Assembly: GCA_002685895.1 (NCBI GenBank)
Contig: NYYK01000002.1
Span: 1-39,294, forward strand
DNA length: 39,294 nucleotides
Direction of reading: 5' to 3'
From: Methanobacteriota archaeon
Lineage (GTDB): Archaea > Thermoplasmatota > Poseidoniia > Poseidoniales > Thalassarchaeaceae
A program made the translations under genes and the position numbers. Shown here one piece after another: positions 33,609 to 39,294 of this stretch. Numbering within the stretch: position 1 is the first letter of the stretch; each line of letters starts with the position of its first letter. The notes beneath the pieces are model-generated. The model worked only from the letters and a program-made list of their open reading frames with translations, made no database searches and was not told the origin of the DNA.

Positions 33609-35323
33609 GCGCACAAGGCCAAGGAGTTAACTCTGTTGGCGAAATGTGTGCTAAGGGGCTTAAACGTGCAGGATATTGCGTATTCGGAGAGCGGGAGTAT
33701 ATGTCAGTTATAATGAATGGACACTCTTCATATCAGTTGGAGATTAGCAACGAAAAAGTCAGAAGCGCACAGGAAAAGTCAGACGTTTTGGTTACATTCA
33801 ATCATCACGGAATTAAAAATAATCTCAGAGATTTGATAGAAGGAGGGGTGTTGCTTCATCAAACTCCGCAATGGAAGTTCGGTGAAGAGGATCAGAAGTT
33901 TATTGATGCTAATTCAATCAAAGTGATTTATTTGCCGACGGAAGAGATTCTAAAAAAGTTAAATGCAAAACCTGTACTTGGAAATGTGCTCATTACATCA
34001 GTTGTCTGGTCATTGATTGGGCGAAGTTCAGACGAACTTAAGGAAATGGTCAGAGAAAGGTTTGGACACAAGAAGGATTTGTTGGAGTTGAACTTTAAGT
34101 GTATTGATGAGGGAACTCAACTGATTGAAATTGAGAAGCTGGTTTTGCCTGAACCTGACGATTGTTGGAAAAGTCAGTTACTGATAACGGGCAGCCAGGC
34201 AATGGGACTCGGTGCTATACATGCCGGGTGCAGAGCGCTATTCGGATATCCGATGACGCCGGCGTCGCCTCTTCTTACGTTCTTAGCTGATATACAGGGG
34301 GAATCAAAAATGCTTGTAAAACAGGCAGAGGACGAGATTACAGCTGTTCAGATGATGGTTGGAGCGATGCACGCGGGAACGCGTGCGATGACCGCAACGT
34401 CGGGGGGCGGCTATGATTTGATGACGGAAACGATCTCGTTGTGCGGGATCAGTGAGACTCCGGCAGTAATTGTATTAGCTCAACGCCCGGGTCCCGGAAC
34501 GGGACTCCCAACATGGACTGCCCAGGGAGATTTGCTTATGGCAGTTAGTGCCGGACATGGTGAATTCCCTCGCGTAGTTATGAGTGTAAGCGATGCGGAA
34601 GATTCATTTAGCTTAATGATGGATGCGTTTAATTATGCGGAAGAGTTCCAAATTCCGGTGACTGTTCTTACAGAGAAGCAAATAGCGGAGTCATTGTTTA
34701 CGATCGATGCGTTACAGGTGAGAGGTGACAGGTTACAGGTTAGGAGGGGGAGGTTAGTTGATGGTGATGGGCTTAAATTACTTAGAGCTTCTGACCGTTA
34801 TGACCCGGATGCGCCGGATGGCGTGAGCGCGAGATGGCTTCCGGGAAGCGATGCACCGACGTATTGCGCGCAAAGTTATGAACATAATGCGGATGGATCG
34901 TTCGATGAAAGCGGAGAAAATGCGACAGCTCAAATGGAAAAAAGAATGAAGAAGATGAAGGGGCTCAAGAGGGTGTTGCCGGAGCCAGAACTTTGGAAAG
35001 TTAATAGTGAAAAGTTAATAGTGAATAGTGACTTCTCCGGCGAAATAGATGTGTTGGTTGTGAGCTGGGGGAGTAATAAGAACGTCATTCTAGATTCCAT
35101 CAATGATGAGTCAGTTGCATATCTTCACTACACATATCTTTGGCCGCTTAAGACGGAGAAGTTAGTTGAACTTGCGGCAAAGGCGAAAAAGACTGTTCTT
35201 GTTGAAGGCAATGCTCAAGGACAGTTAGGTATGTTAATTAAGCAAGAGTGTGGACTTGAATTTGATGAGAGGGTCCTCAAGTTTGATGGGAGAGTTTCTG
35301 TTCCATTACAGCTAATTTCATGA
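33581..35323 (+). CDS. korA: 2-oxoacid:ferredoxin oxidoreductase, fused gamma-alpha subunit
   Basis: ORF 33548..35323 starts at a GTG; I prefer the ATG at 33581 (MSRISIKIVGAQGQGVNS...). The gamma domain is GAQGQGV. The alpha domain is ITGSQAMGLGAIHAGCRALFGYPMTPASP, EDEITAVQMMVGAMHAGTRAMTATSGGG, QRPGPGTGLPT. Confidence 0.88.
   Translation: MSRISIKIVGAQGQGVNSVGEMCAKGLKRAGYCVFGEREYMSVIMNGHSSYQLEISNEKVRSAQEKSDVLVTFNHHGIKNNLRDLIEGGVLLHQTPQWKFGEEDQKFIDANSIKVIYLPTEEILKKLNAKPVLGNVLITSVVWSLIGRSSDELKEMVRERFGHKKDLLELNFKCIDEGTQLIEIEKLVLPEPDDCWKSQLLITGSQAMGLGAIHAGCRALFGYPMTPASPLLTFLADIQGESKMLVKQAEDEITAVQMMVGAMHAGTRAMTATSGGGYDLMTETISLCGISETPAVIVLAQRPGPGTGLPTWTAQGDLLMAVSAGHGEFPRVVMSVSDAEDSFSLMMDAFNYAEEFQIPVTVLTEKQIAESLFTIDALQVRGDRLQVRRGRLVDGDGLKLLRASDRYDPDAPDGVSARWLPGSDAPTYCAQSYEHNADGSFDESGENATAQMEKRMKKMKGLKRVLPEPELWKVNSEKLIVNSDFSGEIDVLVVSWGSNKNVILDSINDESVAYLHYTYLWPLKTEKLVELAAKAKKTVLVEGNAQGQLGMLIKQECGLEFDERVLKFDGRVSVPLQLIS
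34711..34757. repeat. GTTACAG/GTGACAG heptamer repeat inside the korA coding sequence
   Basis: GTTACAG GTGAGAG GTGACAG GTTACAG GTTAGGA GGGGGAG GTTAG, translated as ALQVRGDRLQVRRGRLV. Confidence 0.75.
34998..35032. repeat. AGTTAAT/AGTGAAA heptamer repeat inside the korA coding sequence
   Basis: AGTTAAT AGTGAAA AGTTAAT AGTGAAT AGTGACT, translated as KVNSEKLIVNSD. These are the same words as the intergenic repeats at 21133, 26362, 29244 and 33042. Confidence 0.8.
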
Positions 35324-36192
35324 ATCAGCCAAAAGAAAACGCAGGTCTTTCCATGAAGGATTACAACCACAATAATCTATGCACATGGTGCGATGGATGC
35401 GGGAATTATGGGATTCTGACTGCTATAAAAAGGGCTTTGATTGAGCTTGAATTAGCTCCTCATCAGGTCCTTATATGCTTCGACGTTGGATGCCATGGGA
35501 ATATGTCAGACACGTTAGTTGGTTACAGATTCCACGGTCTTCATGGTCGAGTCATCTCACTTGCCGCCGGAGCAGCTTTGGCAAATCCGGATGTTCCTGT
35601 AATTGCATTTGGAGGAGATGGTGCATGCTTCTCTGAGGGTGTCGGTCACTTGGTTCACGCAGTCAGATCAAACTACAACATGACATTCATACTCCATAAC
35701 AATGCTAACTATGGGCTTACAACGGGGCAGGCAAGTGCACTTACTCCACATGGAGAAAAAATGAATACAGCACCTCACGGAACAGTAGAGGAGTTGCTTA
35801 ATAGCATGGACTTTGTATTTTCATTGAATCCAAGCTTCGTTGCGCGGGGAACAAGCGGGAACATAAAGCAATTAACTGATATCATCAAAGCTGGAATCAA
35901 TCATCAGGGTTTCTCTTACATTGATGTCCTGCAAGCGTGTCCGACTTACAACAAGTTCGCGACGCATGAGTACTTGCTAGGAAAATGTTATGAAGTTGAA
36001 ACTTCAGATTTCGAAACTGCAAGAAAGGCTGCAGTAGATACATCGGAAAAAATCGCGACAGGAGTTTTGTATCAGGATAAAACAAGGTCTACTTTCTTGG
36101 ATCAGTTGGAAGCTAGAAAGGGGATAGACACTAGGCTTGTCGATGAAGTCAGGAAAGTCGATGTTAGTGCTTTATTGGCAAAATTTTCTTGA
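35320..36192 (+). CDS. korB: 2-oxoacid:ferredoxin oxidoreductase beta (TPP-binding) subunit
   Basis: CTWCDGCGNYGIL, GLHGRVISLAAGAALANPDVPVIAFGGDGA, NNANYGLTTGQAS. It has an ATGA overlap with korA. Confidence 0.9.
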   Translation: MNQPKENAGLSMKDYNHNNLCTWCDGCGNYGILTAIKRALIELELAPHQVLICFDVGCHGNMSDTLVGYRFHGLHGRVISLAAGAALANPDVPVIAFGGDGACFSEGVGHLVHAVRSNYNMTFILHNNANYGLTTGQASALTPHGEKMNTAPHGTVEELLNSMDFVFSLNPSFVARGTSGNIKQLTDIIKAGINHQGFSYIDVLQACPTYNKFATHEYLLGKCYEVETSDFETARKAAVDTSEKIATGVLYQDKTRSTFLDQLEARKGIDTRLVDEVRKVDVSALLAKFS

Positions 36193-37081
36193 AAAGCTTG
36201 AGTGCCAATAGTGGATGCTTGAAAGCATGAAAGACCATCCTCAAGATCTGTATAACAAAGGCAAAAATCGCAGTCACTCTGGTCAGGACCGACCCCTTTT
36301 TGATGAATCTGGAAATAATCTCTAACCTATCGAAAATTCCTCTTCCATCTACTCTGTTTTGAGCAGTTGCCGCGCCGCCGTGCACACGAAATTGGCCTAA
36401 GTTTTTGGTCTCGTTATAAAGGTCAGTAATCTCCAGCATCCTGACCCAATACTCAGTGTCCAGTAACTGCTTCATCGTGGGGTGGAAAGGTCCCGCCTGC
36501 GCACTTCGTGCTTCGGCGGGCAGGCCTGCAAGTTCCATCTCGCCTCTGCTCATAACAACAAAGTCCGGTTCTCCGACTAGGTTTGGCCAGAAACTTCGGC
36601 GCAACCATTTCTTAAGGAACTTATCTCCGTCAATTATGCCTGACGGAAATCTTTTTTTCTTTATCCTCAATAATCTTTTAAAACATCTCTTCGATCCGCT
36701 CGTATCTTCAAACTTGTATTCATGCCCCATCGCAACAAGTCCAACGCCGGTATTATCATTCATAATATTCACAGCAGTTTCCAGATAATCGGGAGTCCAT
36801 AGATCATCCTGAAAAAGATATGCAATAATTGGAGCTGAAGTCGCATTAAAACATGCGTTCCAGTTGCCTCCTATACCTAATCTCTCAGGCGATTTTTTGA
36901 AAGTGATTCGTTCATCAGACAAAAAAGGTTTAACAATCGACGCCGTATCTCCATCAGACGGATCCTCATGAATAAATGCTTTCCAGTTCGTAAAAGTTTG
37001 GGCCTGGAGGGACTCCAAAGCCTCCTTAAGAAACCTTGGGTCGGGATTGTACGTTGGAATCAGAACGTCGACTGAGGACAT
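36164..37081 (-). CDS. family 2 glycosyltransferase
   Basis: VDVLIPTYNPDPRFLKEALESLQAQTFTNWKAFIHEDPSDGDT and YLFQDDLW (the DxD region). Confidence 0.8.
   Translation of the reverse strand: MSSVDVLIPTYNPDPRFLKEALESLQAQTFTNWKAFIHEDPSDGDTASIVKPFLSDERITFKKSPERLGIGGNWNACFNATSAPIIAYLFQDDLWTPDYLETAVNIMNDNTGVGLVAMGHEYKFEDTSGSKRCFKRLLRIKKKRFPSGIIDGDKFLKKWLRRSFWPNLVGEPDFVVMSRGEMELAGLPAEARSAQAGPFHPTMKQLLDTEYWVRMLEITDLYNETKNLGQFRVHGGAATAQNRVDGRGIFDRLEIISRFIKKGSVLTRVTAIFAFVIQILRMVFHAFKHPLLALKLFKKILPIKH
36492..36528. repeat. GC-rich palindromic mini-element inside the GT2 coding sequence
   Basis: CCCGCC (36492-36497) / GGCGGG (36515-36520) around the loop TGCGCACTTCGTGCTTC, then the palindrome CAGGCCTG (36521-36528). 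The loop matches that of the element at 30-61 at about 15 of 18 positions. It is translated as LPAEARSAQAG. Confidence 0.6.
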
Positions 37082-37095
37082 GAATTAATTGTATA

Positions 37096-37123
37096 CGTTA
37101 ATTCGTTAATTCGTTAATTCGTT
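37096..37123. repeat. TCGTTAAT octamer tandem repeat
   Basis: CGTTAATTCGTTAATTCGTTAATTCGTT, in the divergent spacer between GT2 and trmD. Confidence 0.8.
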
Positions 37124-37247
37124 TATCTAATTATTAGTTCAAGTTATATCTATAAGGAACCTTTCGCGCGAATGGTAGACTAATGACTATCGGAAATATA
37201 TTGCATAAACACGTGCTGAAGCTAAAAATTTATATATAATCACCGGG

Positions 37248-37898
37248 ATGAGAATCGACGTAATCACACTTTTTCCGGATATGTTTAAGGGGCCTCTTAC
37301 AGAGAGCATCCTCGACAGAGCTCAAAAAATGGAGCTATTGGAGCTTGAATTTAATGATCTGAGGGAATTTGGGACAGGGAATTATAAGCAGGTTGATGAT
37401 AGCCCGTATGGCGGTGGAGCGGGGATGGTGATGACTGCGCCGGTCCTTGTGGATGCGATAGAGAAGGTCAAAGGTGAGGGGGATCCATATGTAATATATC
37501 TGTCTCCGCGTGGTGAAAGGCTCACTCAAGAGAAAGTTGAAGGGTTAGCTAAGAATCATGAATGGTTAATCTTAGTCTGTGGTAGATATGAGGGAATAGA
37601 TCAGCGTGTAATTGATGGTGGATGGATTGATGAGGAGATTTCAATCGGAGATTATGTGCTTACGGGCGGGGAATTGCCTGCTGCGGTTTTGATTGATGCG
37701 GTTGCGAGGCAGATTCCCGGAGTTCTTGGTAAAGACGAGTCAGCTGAGGAGGAAAGTTTTTCGGAAAGCTTAGATAGAAAAAGGGAGTACCCGCATTACA
37801 CCAGACCGGAGGAGTTTAAGGGACTTAAAGTTCCTGATGTTTTGCTTGGGGGGAATCACGGGGAGATTGATAAGTGGAGAAAAGAAAACTGTAAGTAA
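37248..37898 (+). CDS. trmD: tRNA (guanine37-N1)-methyltransferase
   Basis: MRIDVITLFPDMFKGPLTESILDRAQ..., VDDSPYGGGAGMVM, LVCGRYEGIDQRV, SIGDYVLTGGELPA. Confidence 0.94.
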   Translation: MRIDVITLFPDMFKGPLTESILDRAQKMELLELEFNDLREFGTGNYKQVDDSPYGGGAGMVMTAPVLVDAIEKVKGEGDPYVIYLSPRGERLTQEKVEGLAKNHEWLILVCGRYEGIDQRVIDGGWIDEEISIGDYVLTGGELPAAVLIDAVARQIPGVLGKDESAEEESFSESLDRKREYPHYTRPEEFKGLKVPDVLLGGNHGEIDKWRKENCK

Positions 37899-37932
37899 AT
37901 TGACAATTTACAATTGACAGTTGACAATTCGC
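37898..37932. repeat. AATTGAC heptamer repeat
   Basis: AAATTGACAATTTACAATTGACAGTTGACAATTCGC. Confidence 0.8.
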
Positions 37933-37936
37933 AGGC

Positions 37937-38203
37937 ATGCTTCAGAAATTTCATCAGGAATTAAATGAATCAGGCTCAGTTCATTTTACGGTTCGCGCTG
38001 TTCCAAATGCTGCGGAGTCAAAGATTCTCGAAGTTATGGATGATGAGAGTATCAAGATTGCAGTAAATGCTCAGCCGGAGAAGGGGAAGGCGAACAAAGA
38101 ATTGGTCAAATTTATTGCAAATGAGTTCAGTGTAAAAAAGTCGGACGTATCCATACTTTCTGGTGAATTTGCGCGAATAAAGATAGTAAAAGTCAGTTCA
38201 TAA
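37937..38203 (+). CDS. DUF167 (YggU/UPF0235) family protein
   Basis: VRAVPNAAESKILEVMDDESIKIAVNAQPEKGKANKELVKFIANEFSVKKSDVSILSGEFARIKIVKV. Confidence 0.8.
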   Translation: MLQKFHQELNESGSVHFTVRAVPNAAESKILEVMDDESIKIAVNAQPEKGKANKELVKFIANEFSVKKSDVSILSGEFARIKIVKVSS

Positions 38204-38204
38204 T

Positions 38205-38903
38205 TCACCTAAGTTTTTCTTCGATCGTACCCTTAAGATCGGCATAGTAAGGGAGTCCAACGAATTTTTCTCCGTTTATAAAGTAAGTTGGTACCAGAGT
38301 TACATCCAGGCTCTTGCTCCAAGCTTTTTGTTGCTTGAGGATGATTCCAATCTCTTCGCTTGTCATGCATTCGTTGAATTTCTTCATATCAAGTCCAAGC
38401 TCAGTTGCATAATGCTCAGGTTCCAATCTTTCTGCATCCAGTTTTTCCGAAAGGATCTGATGCATTGCCATTCCTTTGGACTGTATTGCGGAGCAGATGA
38501 GTCCTATCGCCGCATTTTGCGATCCGGGATATTTTTTGAGGGGAAGTATGGCTATCTGGAATCTGAGTATTCCTTCCTCAATAAAGTCAGAATATAGTCT
38601 GGGGAAAATATCCAGCTGAAAGTCGCGCGCATATTTTGCGTGGTGTTCAGTAAAAAGGAGGAGGGTAACCGGTGTATCGCGTCTGCCGATATCAATCACA
38701 CCCGTGGCAAGTAAACGCTCAGAAAGCGCTCCAGTTCCAGAAATAAGTTCTTCAATATCAATTGAGGCGATTTCTTCCACCCGTTCTTCTGGCATCATAG
38801 GTGGTGGATCTTCGGTTTTTTCGACCGGAGTGGCCCTTTCAGGCACTTGTATGCAGGCGAATAGGGTTAGGGTGAGGGCGAGGGTTAGAAGTCGAAAGCT
38901 CAT
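38205..38903 (-). CDS. DsbA/thioredoxin-fold lipoprotein lacking the CxxC active site
   Basis: The lipobox is LTLFAC. VTLLLFTEHHAKYARDF sits where DsbA-family proteins carry F-x-D-x-x-CPYC. The C-terminal LVPTYFINGEKFVG is a DsbA-like cis-Pro region. Confidence 0.6.
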   Translation of the reverse strand: MSFRLLTLALTLTLFACIQVPERATPVEKTEDPPPMMPEERVEEIASIDIEELISGTGALSERLLATGVIDIGRRDTPVTLLLFTEHHAKYARDFQLDIFPRLYSDFIEEGILRFQIAILPLKKYPGSQNAAIGLICSAIQSKGMAMHQILSEKLDAERLEPEHYATELGLDMKKFNECMTSEEIGIILKQQKAWSKSLDVTLVPTYFINGEKFVGLPYYADLKGTIEEKLR

Positions 38904-38946
38904 GTTTGTATGTTAGCAGATTGTTAATTAACGGTATCATATAAGT

Positions 38947-39294
38947 ATGGATCGAAGGACAGTTACTCTACTTGGCATTCCCATAGATGCCATCAGGCAA
39001 AAAGAAGCAATTCAGATCATTTTGGAAATGCTTGAGGGTGGACATCTTAAACGGTTCTTTAAGGTGGGAGGACAGCACCATGTGATTACTCCCAACAGCG
39101 AGATGCTTGTTGAGTCATTCAAGAACGAAAAGTTCCGTGAAGTTCTCCAGTTGGCAAGTTTAAATATTCCAGATAGCGTTGGGCTTTTGTATGCTGCAAA
39201 ATTCAAAGGAAAAAAACTCCCGGAGCGCGTAACCGGAGTTGATACAGTTGTAAAACTTTGCAGTCAGCTTCCCAAAAAACATTCAGTATTTTTA
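38947..39294 (+). CDS. WecB/TagA/CpsF-family (GT26) glycosyltransferase, 5' partial (runs off the window)
   Basis: Hand translation gives MDRRTVTLLGIPIDAIRQKEAIQIILEML...HHVITPNSEMLVESFKNEKFREVLQLASLNIPDSVGLLYAAKFKGKKLPERVTGVD. The frame is open to the window end and is not in the ORF track. Confidence 0.7.
   Translation, partial: MDRRTVTLLGIPIDAIRQKEAIQIILEMLEGGHLKRFFKVGGQHHVITPNSEMLVESFKNEKFREVLQLASLNIPDSVGLLYAAKFKGKKLPERVTGVDTVVKLCSQLPKKHSVFL

Overview
This 39.3-kb window is a densely packed bacterial chromosome segment. It uses the standard genetic code: RF2 is present with its UGA-dependent +1 frameshift, and TGA is used as a stop. Host genes have almost no Shine-Dalgarno motifs. It looks like a small-genome uncultivated lineage, possibly CPR/Patescibacteria-like, but that is inference only.

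Gene content from left to right:
- A minus-strand cell-envelope module: M50 protease, SGNH hydrolase, SxtK-like (DUF5989) and SxtJ-like small membrane proteins, a NodU/CmcH carbamoyltransferase, and a second SGNH hydrolase.
- rpmB and an ArfB-like GGQ protein.
- A secreted protein, an ECF sigma factor and an anti-sigma-like protein.
- tRNA-Ser(CGA).
- An AT-rich block of about 7.3 kb holding only a large serine recombinase and one 1780-aa ORF. That ORF has an N-terminal HExxH gluzincin-like module and a C-terminal UbiB/ABC1-like kinase module.
- A 56-aa bacterial histone-fold protein.
- prfB, a DUF1653 protein, and two membrane-anchored coiled-coil proteins (PilN/PilO-like).
- infC-rpmI-rplT.
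- A complete V/A-type ATPase operon (H/G-like, I, K, E, C, F, A, B, D) interrupted by four non-canonical ORFs.
- A NIF3-family protein, flavodoxin plus korAB (2-oxoacid:ferredoxin oxidoreductase), a GT2 glycosyltransferase, trmD, a DUF167 protein, a CxxC-less DsbA-like lipoprotein, and a partial WecB/TagA glycosyltransferase.

Two repeat systems stand out:
- Degenerate tandem 7-9-mer word repeats, often arranged as inverted arms, sit in nearly every host intergenic spacer. The same words also occur twice inside korA.
- GC-rich nested palindromes occur in spacers. Two are inserted in frame in coding genes (the carbamoyltransferase and the GT2).

The best candidate for a new system is the tRNA-adjacent recombinase plus giant protease/kinase-like cargo island.
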